Shown here in pieces: positions 48,774-57,084 of a stretch of DNA of 64,000 nucleotides (positions within the stretch are counted from its first letter, which is position 1; every line of letters starts with the position of its first letter). The translations under genes and the position numbers were made by a program. The DNA lies in the IMG/VR virus record IMGVR_UViG_3300010429_001449, one strand, 5' to 3'. The notes below the pieces were generated by a model. It saw only the letters and a list, made by a program, of their open reading frames with translations. It was not told where the DNA came from and searched no databases. Source of the DNA: a virus. Its lineage: Duplodnaviria; Caudoviricetes.

Positions 48774-48977
48774 TTACCCTCTCTTCTTAGCAGCAAGAAG
48801 TTCTTTCAGCGGCCTGTCGGTAAAGACAAGTTGTCCGTCCGGCCCGCGTGTGATCTTCGTGTACAACGAAGCATCACCATTGAGTTCCAACGTCAAATCA
48901 TCCTCGTTGTCCTCAATGAACTTCGGGTAAGGAAACTCGGTGTGCGCTGTCTTATCCTTCGGGTTGGGGGCTGCCAC
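48774..48977 (-). CDS. Small partner (immunity/chaperone-like) of paralog C
   Basis: Overlaps the end of paralog C; FP.P.F.E.NED.LT.ELNGDA.L...GPDG...RPLK..LA...KRG. Confidence 0.8.
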   Translation of the reverse strand: MAAPNPKDKTAHTEFPYPKFIEDNEDDLTLELNGDASLYTKITRGPDGQLVFTDRPLKELLAAKKRG

Positions 48978-51507
48978 GTCTTGTCTCCCGGAAAATGTGC
49001 TTGTCCAAACGTCGTGTGTACTTTTCGATGCGCTTGCGGCTCTCTGCGCCGTCGCGTAGATTCATGTGAGCGGCCCAGTGAGAACCGAGAAGGGCTGCTT
49101 TGCCCCAAGCCCCTGCCTTAACGGCACCTTGCAACTGGTCTATGAACTGTTGCCGCGCTGCGGGGCGATCTGCGGCATCCACAGAGTATTGTACCTCTTG
49201 CCAACGACGCTCGTAATAATTATCTGCTTCCAGTGCCGCGTGAACCTTCTCCGTATATTCTTTTGAAAGAGGCATTCTGTAATCGGCGTACTCCCAAGCA
49301 TGACTCTGTTGCTTCTCTGCCAAGTGCGTTGCGATAGAGCGCAGGTCTGCCGTTTCCTCTCTTGTTAATCCTGCTTGTCTCTCTACCGCAGTAAAGAGCG
49401 TGTCTATCGTTTGCGCGTAGTGGGTGTAAAACCTCTCCGCCACGTCTTCCGACACAAAATCAAAACCGCTCTTGGCCCAAGAGAATCCGCCGCGATCCAG
49501 ATTGGCGTGGCACCACATGGACTTGCGCCCGAATGCAATAGCCATCTGAGCTTCTTTGCTCAAGATGCCCCCCGCCCAAGCAGTGTTGCGGTACTTCGGC
49601 GACATATGAATCAAGGACGCATCTATGTTACGCAGCCCGTAACCTCTGGTTATCTCGGCGACTTCGTTGCCGTCTTGATCCCGTACGTAAACGACATAAC
49701 CGAGTGCCGGGCGATCCAAACCCCCGGTAAGCTCGTACCCTGACACGGACACAGTCAATCCTTCGCCGCCATATATCTGCTCTAACGAGGCTTTAGATGG
49801 AGCGTGACCGAGTTTTTTCAACATAGCCTCGATGGTTGACGGAGACTTTTTGTAGTATTCAGTGGTGTCTCGAGCGTAACTCTCTGCTGTTGCGGGCTGA
49901 TAGTGCTGCGCAACCCGTTCCAACTCCTGTTTTCTTGCTTCGGCGGCTTGCGCCTGAGCCGGATCAACGTCGGACGGAGGCTGCTGCCCCTGATAACGAA
50001 GAATGTTGGAGATGACTGCGTCTATTTCACCGCCAAGCTCGCGGTCGTCGCGGTCTGCCGCATGAACGACTTGCATAAGAGCCGTTACTTCTTCGGCAGA
50101 CAGCGCGTTACCGCTTGTGTAAGAATCAAATAGTCGGCGAGCCGACGTTCCTAAACTAGAGCGCAAAGCCTCATCGGCAGGACGTTCTTCTTCCTCTTCT
50201 TCGTCTGCGTCTTCGGTGGGCCCAGCATCTTCGCCAGCATCTTCGCCAGCATCTTCGCCAGCGTCTTCCGGCGCACTTTCCCACTCCAAAGCTTCCACGC
50301 TATCAGAAATAATCTCATTCAAGTTACCATAGTGATCCGTGATGTCCTCGTCTGGAAACTCCCGCCTGAAACGCGCTACCAAGTCTTGCAGTTCGCTTAG
50401 CTCTTCGGAGTTCAAGAGACGCGGACGACGACCTCTTCTTACGTAAGGATAGATTTCATCTACGATAGCGGAACGGCGTTCTTCTTGCTCGCTCTCGCGT
50501 GCCGCCTCCTCGCGGCCCTCGAAATCCAACGCACTTGCAACAGTGTCTCTCACATCAGACGCCAAATCCGGGTATTTTTCGCTCAATTCGCCATAAAGCT
50601 CCTCCAACTTAACCCCATTCTCTCTTGAGATTTCTTCGTACTCGCTAAACTCGTCCAAGATAGGCGATATACCTTCGTACAAGTGGAAAAGATCGCTTCC
50701 TTGCAGTCGGCGCACGCCTTCCCCCAACGTTCCTTCCGAGACAGCCGCAGGGTCTCTAGTCGCAAAGTCCTCCAAATTCTGCTGCAAACCGTCGAGAAAA
50801 GTCATGTTCAACGACTCTCCGCGCAGAACAGTGTTGATGCGTTCTTGCAAGTCGGAAACAAGCGCGGCCTTTCGTTCCTCGGATTGCTGCGCATGTTCTG
50901 CTATAAGCTGCCGCGTTTCATCGCTCTTGATGCGTTCAGCAATCTCATCAGGAACCGCCCCCGGATAATCCGTCTGGAAATAATCAACGATTTCAAGCAG
51001 ACGGTTGTACTCCGCCGGAGTCAAATAAGCACCTTCGTCATCCCGCGAGAGTGCGCTTATAGACGCAAAGAGCGTATTACCTTCGTCGCGCAGCGGTTTC
51101 GGTATGTCTCCCGCCGAATACTGACGAGAAGGCTCGGACGCCGCGCCTTCCCCCAGACCCTCTACCATCCTACGAATGGCTTGCCGTTCTCGGTCTTCCC
51201 AACCTTCAGAACTCCGCCCGCGCAATAGATACCGCGCAACTTGTGCAGAGCGACTCAATTCCTCTCCGGTCTTCCTCGCCCGCATCTCGGAACTTCTTAC
51301 AATACGCCTCAAGAGATTGCTGCCGGGCAACGACTCGGCGCGAAACCGCCCGCGCTCCATGACGGCTATAACAGGCGTGTCGTGGCTGACATAAAGCCTT
51401 GCGTTCTCACGAGATGTGAACTTCCCTTCATCGTCGTGATAGGGATTCTGCTTATCAATCTCGCGTGCCTTGGCCAGCGCTATGCCAAGCCAGTCATAGG
51501 GTCTCAC
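48952..51507 (-). CDS. Large acidic protein, paralog C, with a C-terminal GNAT-like domain
   Basis: YDW..KQNPYHDDEGKF; CHANLDRGGFSWAKSGFDF. Confidence 0.75.
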   Translation of the reverse strand: MRPYDWLGIALAKAREIDKQNPYHDDEGKFTSRENARLYVSHDTPVIAVMERGRFRAESLPGSNLLRRIVRSSEMRARKTGEELSRSAQVARYLLRGRSSEGWEDRERQAIRRMVEGLGEGAASEPSRQYSAGDIPKPLRDEGNTLFASISALSRDDEGAYLTPAEYNRLLEIVDYFQTDYPGAVPDEIAERIKSDETRQLIAEHAQQSEERKAALVSDLQERINTVLRGESLNMTFLDGLQQNLEDFATRDPAAVSEGTLGEGVRRLQGSDLFHLYEGISPILDEFSEYEEISRENGVKLEELYGELSEKYPDLASDVRDTVASALDFEGREEAARESEQEERRSAIVDEIYPYVRRGRRPRLLNSEELSELQDLVARFRREFPDEDITDHYGNLNEIISDSVEALEWESAPEDAGEDAGEDAGEDAGPTEDADEEEEEERPADEALRSSLGTSARRLFDSYTSGNALSAEEVTALMQVVHAADRDDRELGGEIDAVISNILRYQGQQPPSDVDPAQAQAAEARKQELERVAQHYQPATAESYARDTTEYYKKSPSTIEAMLKKLGHAPSKASLEQIYGGEGLTVSVSGYELTGGLDRPALGYVVYVRDQDGNEVAEITRGYGLRNIDASLIHMSPKYRNTAWAGGILSKEAQMAIAFGRKSMWCHANLDRGGFSWAKSGFDFVSEDVAERFYTHYAQTIDTLFTAVERQAGLTREETADLRSIATHLAEKQQSHAWEYADYRMPLSKEYTEKVHAALEADNYYERRWQEVQYSVDAADRPAARQQFIDQLQGAVKAGAWGKAALLGSHWAAHMNLRDGAESRKRIEKYTRRLDKHIFRETRRGSPQPEG
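50222..50268. repeat. 12-bp tandem repeat (~4 copies) encoding EDAG
   Basis: ccagcatcttcg units. Confidence 0.85.
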
Positions 51508-51539
51508 CGGGTGAATCCTCCTCGCAGTAATCTTTCTCT

Positions 51540-51568
51540 ATGTTACTAAAAGGCGGTGGGAGGTGCAA
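51540..51568 (-). promoter_or_regulatory. Candidate promoter of the paralog array
   Basis: TTGCAC-N17-TAACAT. Confidence 0.45.
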
Positions 51569-51580
51569 GGAGAAAGAAAG

Positions 51581-51667
51581 TGGTGGGCGCGGAGGGATTT
51601 GAACCCTCACGTCCTTTCGGACAACAGCTTTTGAGACTGCCGCGTCTGCCTGCTACGCCACGCGCCC
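51581..51667 (-). tRNA. tRNA-Leu(CAA)
   Basis: GGGCGCG/CGCGCCC acceptor stem, loop CTCAAAA, long variable arm, GGTTCAAATCC, discriminator A, encoded CCA. Confidence 0.95.
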
Positions 51668-51686
51668 AGGTGAAGCTTCTGCACTT

Positions 51687-51714
51687 AGTATAACAGCGTG
51701 GGCGGGAATGTCAA
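51687..51714 (-). promoter_or_regulatory. Repeated phage promoter (16-bp spacer class)
   Basis: TTGACA-N16(..GCTGT)-TATACT. Confidence 0.85.
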
Positions 51715-51721
51715 GAGAAAA

Positions 51722-52066
51722 TCAAGAATCGAAATCGTCATCATCCAACAGCGGCAAGGGTAAGGGATCGCTCGGTAAGTTGGCAGCGAGGCGGTTCTTG
51801 ATTTGCAGCATTGCTATTCTTCCGTCGCCGACGAACGGATTAGTGCCGCTGCTGTAGACTTCCGCAACCGCAGCGCGAAGGGCTTCCTCTTCGGTCTTGA
51901 TTTCATACCGGTGCAGAGCAGTAGCTACTCCTGCGCAAGACAATAACCGCCTGCGCATACGCGCCCTGTCCTTTGTAGCGTATAAACGCACGTCATGATT
52001 CGGAAAAATAAGAGACCACGCCTCACCAGGGACAACACTACTCAACAAGCGTGGTAAGTCCAGCAC
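51722..52066 (-). CDS. Hypothetical protein
   Basis: Own promoter and GGAGG RBS. Confidence 0.6.
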   Translation of the reverse strand: MLDLPRLLSSVVPGEAWSLIFPNHDVRLYATKDRARMRRRLLSCAGVATALHRYEIKTEEEALRAAVAEVYSSGTNPFVGDGRIAMLQIKNRLAANLPSDPLPLPLLDDDDFDS

Positions 52067-52086
52067 AGACTTAGCCCTCCTGCCCT

Positions 52087-52114
52087 AGTATAACAGCGGA
52101 GGCTAGAATGTCAA
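52087..52114 (-). promoter_or_regulatory. Repeated phage promoter
   Basis: TTGACA-N16-TATACT. Confidence 0.85.
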
Positions 52115-52211
52115 GTTAATCCATTGCTGTACAGCAACAAAGAATCTCTGTGTTCCTCGCGGAGAGAAACCGCCGCGCCTCAAAAAAGGAAAGAAAATCT
52201 CCACTATTCGC

Positions 52212-52240
52212 TTGACCTAGCGGCAAACGAGTGGTAAGAT
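52212..52240 (+). promoter_or_regulatory. tnpB promoter (probably leaderless mRNA)
   Basis: TTGACC-N17-TAAGAT with TG extension; GTG starts 7 nt downstream. Confidence 0.6.
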
Positions 52241-52247
52241 TCAGTGC

Positions 52248-53417
52248 GTGGAGATACAAAGAACAATCCAGATCGTTATAGAGCCGAGCGAAGAACTCGA
52301 AGATACCCTCGCGGTTTTTACGCAAGTGTGCAATCAGATTTCGCCAACGGCTTACAATGGCGGAGAGTTCCTGAGACACATTGATCTTCATCACGCTGTT
52401 TATTCCAGTATTAGGAACGTTCTGTCTAGTCAAATGGCATGTACTGCCATTCGCCTGACGGCGGGAGCTTACGTTGCTATCAAAAAGAACAGACACGATA
52501 TCACTAAGCCCGCTCGATTCCTAAAGCCAAGAGCGTTGTTCTTGATTGGCAAAAGAGGTCGAGACGCATCGTTCCGAAGAGACGGGCGGCTCTCGATCTG
52601 GACAGTACGCGGACGAAAAAAGTTGTCTTATTCCGTCCCCGAATACTTCAAGCCGATGTTGGCTTGCGCCAAAACGGTCGATAGCATCAACGTCGTCAAA
52701 AGGAACGGAAAGCTTATCGGCTTTGTGTCGATCACCATTGATGTGCCGGACGCCGTCGGCGTCCATCCCGTAGGGGTTGATCTCAACGAAACTAATCCTG
52801 TCGTTGCTGTCGACGACAGAGACAGGGAGTTGTTTGTTGCCGGTGCTGTTCAGAAAGAACGGAAAAGGCGAATCCGCAAGACCAGAAAACGTCTCCAGAA
52901 ACGGCTTGCTTCTCGAAAGGCAGAGGGAAAGTCCACGAAGTCTGTTGGACGAGTCCTCAAACGGCTGCGAGAACGGCAAAGCCGATCCACCAAAGACTTC
53001 TGTCACGTCGTATCGAAAAAGCTGGTGAACTGGAGTCCTAAGAACTCGGTTTTGGTCTTCGAGGATTTGTCCTTTGAGCAGGGAGATCAGGAGCACGGAA
53101 AGGCGTGGAATCGAAGGTTTCACGAATGGCCAAGAGGCCAGATCGTGGAAATGACGACGTACAAAGCGGAAGGAAAGCACGGAGTGGTTTTCATTAATCC
53201 CGCCTACACGTCTCAGTTCTGTTCCCGTTGCGGTTTATTTGGACGCCGTAATCGTCATTCTTTCGTTTGTCCTCATTGCCAGTTCCGTTGTCACGCTGAT
53301 CTCAACGCCGCCAAGAACATTCGTAATCATTTTGCCGTGCTACGGCATGGTGGGCTGCCGTCGATCAGCCCCGAAGCATCTTCGAGATGCAAGCCTCCGG
53401 CTTTAGCCGTGGGGTAA
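52248..53417 (+). CDS. tnpB: RNA-guided endonuclease TnpB
   Basis: RuvC motifs GVDLN, VFEDL and ADLNAAKNI; Zn finger CSRCG...CPHC. Confidence 0.92.
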   Translation: MEIQRTIQIVIEPSEELEDTLAVFTQVCNQISPTAYNGGEFLRHIDLHHAVYSSIRNVLSSQMACTAIRLTAGAYVAIKKNRHDITKPARFLKPRALFLIGKRGRDASFRRDGRLSIWTVRGRKKLSYSVPEYFKPMLACAKTVDSINVVKRNGKLIGFVSITIDVPDAVGVHPVGVDLNETNPVVAVDDRDRELFVAGAVQKERKRRIRKTRKRLQKRLASRKAEGKSTKSVGRVLKRLRERQSRSTKDFCHVVSKKLVNWSPKNSVLVFEDLSFEQGDQEHGKAWNRRFHEWPRGQIVEMTTYKAEGKHGVVFINPAYTSQFCSRCGLFGRRNRHSFVCPHCQFRCHADLNAAKNIRNHFAVLRHGGLPSISPEASSRCKPPALAVG

Positions 53418-54364
53418 TCGACTGGGCCTTTTCGATTAAATCTTTCGGGTATATCTGTCCCCTCGAAACATATCTTGAACCAATTACCTTCTACGCGGGC
53501 CTGAGCGGTCTCGGCTTCGAGCCGCTCCAATTCCTCCGTATTCAGAGGGGAGAATCCCTGCGTCCAATTGACTAGATTCACGAGTTGGTCTTCGTTGTCA
53601 ACACCTACAATGGCGCAATCGATGTCGTGCGAGAGGACGTAGCGCAAAGCCAAATGTGCCGCCGCGTCAATGGCGACGGGCAGCTTTTCCAGCATAGGAC
53701 CACGGGCCATTACCTTCATTGCTATAGCACCCATCCCTTTATCTACGAGCTTCGGTAGAAGCACGTGTTTGAAGGACGGCCCGTGGATGTCTGCCATGTT
53801 CAAGGCGAAAAGGCACGTATCAAAATGCGGGAAATAGTTGATGAACTCGCGGAGCAGGACGGGATCAGAGTGTCCGGTAACACCGATGTGATCAACCAGA
53901 CCCTGCTGCTTCGCCTTGTACATAGCCAAGACGACGCCCTTTTCGAGCGTTTTGAAGTCGCGGTCTTTCCATTGGAGGTTGTGCAACTGCCATAGATTCA
54001 CCCGCCGTCCCAGAAGGCGCATAGATTCTTCCAGAAGGCGCATAGAGCCGTCATAGGAACGTTCGTGCGTCTTTGTGGCTAGGAAGACCTCTGCTTCCGG
54101 TAATCCGCGCAGCGCCCATCCTAGACGCGCCTGCGACTCGCCGTAGCCGGGGGCTGTATCGAAATACTTGATGCCGAGATCGAGCGCCCTACGAATGATT
54201 CCGATAGCCTTGCCGCCGGATTTGCCGTACTGAAGGTAGCCTTGACCCCCCAAACCCAGACGTGTTACAGTCTCGCCGGTATTGCCGAGAGGCTTCAAGG
54301 GTATGTGCAAGGACGTTGGATCATCGGCGGGCAGTCCTTGCCGAACCCAGTCATAAAGACCCAT
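53327..54364 (-). CDS. Aldo/keto reductase; the C-terminus reads into the IS
   Basis: LGNTG..V..LGLG, YFDTAPGYG.S, FLATK, QLH, IGVTGH, IAMK. Confidence 0.9.
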   Translation of the reverse strand: MGLYDWVRQGLPADDPTSLHIPLKPLGNTGETVTRLGLGGQGYLQYGKSGGKAIGIIRRALDLGIKYFDTAPGYGESQARLGWALRGLPEAEVFLATKTHERSYDGSMRLLEESMRLLGRRVNLWQLHNLQWKDRDFKTLEKGVVLAMYKAKQQGLVDHIGVTGHSDPVLLREFINYFPHFDTCLFALNMADIHGPSFKHVLLPKLVDKGMGAIAMKVMARGPMLEKLPVAIDAAAHLALRYVLSHDIDCAIVGVDNEDQLVNLVNWTQGFSPLNTEELERLEAETAQARVEGNWFKICFEGTDIPERFNRKGPVDYPTAKAGGLHLEDASGLIDGSPPCRSTAK

Positions 54365-54367
54365 CCA

Positions 54368-54952
54368 TCAACCTCCAGACAAGGCGGGAACGGGATCAAG
54401 CTCTTTCGCAGCCACGTCCTTCAACTGTCCCATCAGTCTAGCCTCAAGCGCCCGCAATTCCAAGAGATTCATGCCGCCGATATCTTCGCCGCTCGTAATG
54501 CGAACGCTGATGGCATTTTCCGTCTTCGAGGTCGCGCCTTCCACGACACCGCTCTTGATCAGGAAAGAGGCTTCTGCGGCCAAAGACCGGATAGCTTTGT
54601 CCAGAAACTGCGCCTTGTTGGCCCCTTTGTCTTGAAGATCAAACTGAGTCAGGGCTTCCGCCGTCAAATGTTGGAAACGCGCTACGACGCCGCCTTTCAA
54701 CACCGCATCGTCTGCCGCTCGAATACGCTCGCCCCAATTTTCTTCCAACGCTTTGAGGTCCGTGTCAACGGTGCTTTTAGAGACGCCGAGAGCGTTGGCT
54801 ATCTCCCGAACTGTCATGCCGCGCAGCCGATACGACAAAACCTCGCTGCGACGAAGCTCGATATCAGGTTCTTTGTTCGGGCGCGGATGATCCGCAGTAG
54901 CTTTACGCTTGGGCTGTTTCTTGTGCGCTGTTGGAGTTATGGCCTTTGCCAT
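54368..54952 (-). CDS. Probable terminase small subunit (HTH)
   Basis: RRSEVL.YRLRGMTVREIANALGVSKSTVDTD followed by helices; first gene of the head region. Confidence 0.6.
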   Translation of the reverse strand: MAKAITPTAHKKQPKRKATADHPRPNKEPDIELRRSEVLSYRLRGMTVREIANALGVSKSTVDTDLKALEENWGERIRAADDAVLKGGVVARFQHLTAEALTQFDLQDKGANKAQFLDKAIRSLAAEASFLIKSGVVEGATSKTENAISVRITSGEDIGGMNLLELRALEARLMGQLKDVAAKELDPVPALSGG

Positions 54953-55014
54953 TTCACTTCTCCTCTCTGTGCTGCCATATCTATCTTAGCAACTAGGCGA
55001 TAACAGCGCAATCC

Positions 55015-55200
55015 CTAATCTACCGCCTTGAATATCTGTCCACACCAGCCACAACGATACCGAGAATCCGCGCCGAGAGGATCGAGAGACGCGCCGCAGG
55101 AGGGGCATACGTATTCAGAACGGGGACGCGGAGTCTTGCCGAGACCCAGAAGCCACGCCCCCGCGCAAACAAACAACAGAGTCTTCCAGAAGGCGGTCAA
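55015..55200 (-). CDS. Small Zn-ribbon protein with a hydrophobic N-terminus
   Basis: CPSCG...CGWCG; start overlaps the NADAR stop. Confidence 0.55.
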   Translation of the reverse strand: MTAFWKTLLFVCAGAWLLGLGKTPRPRSEYVCPSCGASLDPLGADSRYRCGWCGQIFKAVD

Positions 55201-55850
55201 AGGGCGTTCCCGGACAGAATGTCGGTGCGAATGGCCATCAACAGCTTGCCCAGATGATTGTCGCCCTTGCCCTTCGTTGTGCCCCAGAACGTATCACCCC
55301 ATGTATTGCCTTCGCGCAGTTCGCAGGGATGTGTAGCAATCAACTTTCTGCTTAAGTCGGCGTGACGGGTGAACTTCTGTTTCAACAGCGCCTCCATGAC
55401 AGACAGGCGCATGTCATTCCAGCCCGGCCTCAACGTGAGATTCTGGCCCCGATGCTTTGCTTCGGCGGGACTGGACGCCGTTCTGATCCACTCTCGCATC
55501 TTCATATCATCGGTCTTAGCCGCCTGATAAGCGTGCTCGACCGTAGGGTACAACGCGCCTTCATACTCGACCGGCGCAGAGAAAAAGTTCGAGAGAAACC
55601 GGTGATCCCCCCGAAAAGACGTTATCGGGGGCGGCGCGTCCGCTTTGACAAGAGCAGTCTCCGCCACGGCAAGCTGGCGCGGACCAGTGCCTCCCTCGCC
55701 AAGCGGCTTAGTGAGCGTCACCGGCCAGCGACCCGTCTGAAAATACTGGAACGAACGACGTTCCAAAACACCTTCCCGACCGTTCCACGGAGTTCCGGGT
55801 TCGACCAGCGTAACGCGATCACCCGGCAACCACTTCGTCTTGTCGGCCAT
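55197..55850 (-). CDS. NADAR-family protein with an N-terminal extension
   Basis: FLSNF, TVEHAYQAAK, KF, EGN.WGD.FWG, G.NHLGKLLM. Confidence 0.9.
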   Translation of the reverse strand: MADKTKWLPGDRVTLVEPGTPWNGREGVLERRSFQYFQTGRWPVTLTKPLGEGGTGPRQLAVAETALVKADAPPPITSFRGDHRFLSNFFSAPVEYEGALYPTVEHAYQAAKTDDMKMREWIRTASSPAEAKHRGQNLTLRPGWNDMRLSVMEALLKQKFTRHADLSRKLIATHPCELREGNTWGDTFWGTTKGKGDNHLGKLLMAIRTDILSGNAL

Positions 55851-55862
55851 AATCCGTTCTCC

Positions 55863-55922
55863 GCAAAAAATTATGCTTAAAACAGTGCAAAACTTCGCGC
55901 ACTTTTAAGCATAATATTTTGC
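55863..55922. repeat. AT-rich ~24-bp imperfect inverted repeat after tRNA-Ser
   Basis: GCAAAAAATTATGCTTAAAA..GTGC / GCACTTTTAAGCATAATATTTTGC. Confidence 0.7.
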
Positions 55923-55929
55923 TCAGAGG

Positions 55930-56016
55930 TGGCGGAAGGGAGGGGACTCGAACCCCTGGAACCTCTCGGTTCACCGCGTTTCCAACACGGCGCAATCGCC
56001 ACTATGCGACCCTTCC
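55930..56016 (-). tRNA. tRNA-Ser(GGA)
   Basis: GGAAGGG/CCCTTCC acceptor stem, loop TTGGAAA, long variable arm, GGTTCGAGTCC, discriminator G, encoded CCA. Confidence 0.95.
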
Positions 56017-56041
56017 GCATGAGTTCGCCTACAACAATGTT

Positions 56042-56069
56042 AGTATAACAGCGCGGGTAAGAATGTCAA
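56042..56069 (-). promoter_or_regulatory. Repeated phage promoter
   Basis: TTGACA-N16-TATACT. Confidence 0.85.
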
Positions 56070-56081
56070 GCGGTTTTCTTC

Positions 56082-57077
56082 TCATTTAGCGCGTCTTAGT
56101 TCAAACAAGTACTCAGTGAGTGGCGTCTCGTTGTAGGTTCTAATCGTCGATGTATCAGCGCGGTAACGACGTTGTTCTGTTTCGTGGATGATCACGCTTC
56201 CGAAACTGGCTAACGCAGTTTTCATGTCTCCGGCAGACACGATACCATCTGAGTTGTAACTGATGTAAACTAGAGGGGCTTTGGAGACTCTTACGACATC
56301 GACAAGAAACGCCAAGCACTTAGGGGCGACACAAAAAGCACTATGACATTCCGCCTTCCAGCCGCGTAGACCAGTCTTACCGGTTGGGTTGGGATTATCG
56401 TTACGTACAAATGTTTCGTAGAGATGATAATTCGGACCATACTGACGCCCTGTATAAGGCGGATCGATGTAGAGAATATCTTCGGCGGGAATCAAACCAT
56501 CCAAAAGAAGGGACAGGAGATCACGCCGATATACCTTAGCAGTGCCGGGAGTGTACACTTCAGGGCGCAATTCAAATCGATCCAATGCTCTAGTTTTGAA
56601 TCTCTTAAGAAACGCCGCTTGAACTCCGGTTGTGTTACTCGTGCGGCTGAGAGCTTCCAGTCCGCAATAGAGCAGATAGTCCCTGACTTTCTGATCGCGT
56701 ACCGTTTCAATCTCGGCGCGAACATGATCAATACGCCGGGCATTACTCGACGTGAAGTAGAGACGCGGAGGTTTAGACGCATCGCAAAAATGCGTGCAGA
56801 AGTACCCAGCTTTTCCTGGCAGCGCATTGAGGCGATCAATGTACGCTTGAGCCTCTGCTATTTGAGCGGGGGTGAGTCCGATACTTCCGTTGACGATGGT
56901 AGCAGGGAAGTACATTAAATCGTTGGCAATGACGCTGTAACCGTGTTGAGCCGCACACCTGCTTACCACGCCCGAACCACTGCATCCATCAAGAAAGATT
57001 TGCCCGGGAGGATCGGACGCGCCAATACGCTCGAACAACCAACTGGTCCACTTCGCCTTTGAACCGATGTAATCCAT
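56082..57077 (-). CDS. N6-adenine DNA methyltransferase (M.NlaIII/FokI-like)
   Basis: YIGSK, DGCSGSG, ND, NT.GV..AFLK, YIDPPY..RQY..NYH. Confidence 0.9.
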   Translation of the reverse strand: MDYIGSKAKWTSWLFERIGASDPPGQIFLDGCSGSGVVSRCAAQHGYSVIANDLMYFPATIVNGSIGLTPAQIAEAQAYIDRLNALPGKAGYFCTHFCDASKPPRLYFTSSNARRIDHVRAEIETVRDQKVRDYLLYCGLEALSRTSNTTGVQAAFLKRFKTRALDRFELRPEVYTPGTAKVYRRDLLSLLLDGLIPAEDILYIDPPYTGRQYGPNYHLYETFVRNDNPNPTGKTGLRGWKAECHSAFCVAPKCLAFLVDVVRVSKAPLVYISYNSDGIVSAGDMKTALASFGSVIIHETEQRRYRADTSTIRTYNETPLTEYLFELRRAK

Positions 57078-57084
57078 GTTCTCG

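Larger units (their letters stand above)
52121..53422 (+). mobile_element. IS200/IS605-family element carrying TnpB only (IS1341-like)
   Basis: Follows TTAAT; left-end palindrome TTGCTGTACAGCAA; right end AAGCCTCCGGCTTTAGCCGTGGGGTAATCGAC; no tnpA. Confidence 0.8.

Noticed and set aside
21-51549. Many long plus-strand ORFs (e.g. 21..1136, 2431..3351, 11122..12108, 12492..13454, 41505..42311)
   Set aside because: They are antisense shadows of well-supported minus-strand genes in GC-rich DNA, with no recognisable motifs
52248-53417. Cas12f-like CRISPR effector
   Set aside because: No repeat-spacer array was seen nearby and the ends are IS200/IS605-like
53327-53422. Functional antisense overlap between the reductase and tnpB
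   Set aside because: Better explained as read-through into the inserted IS end
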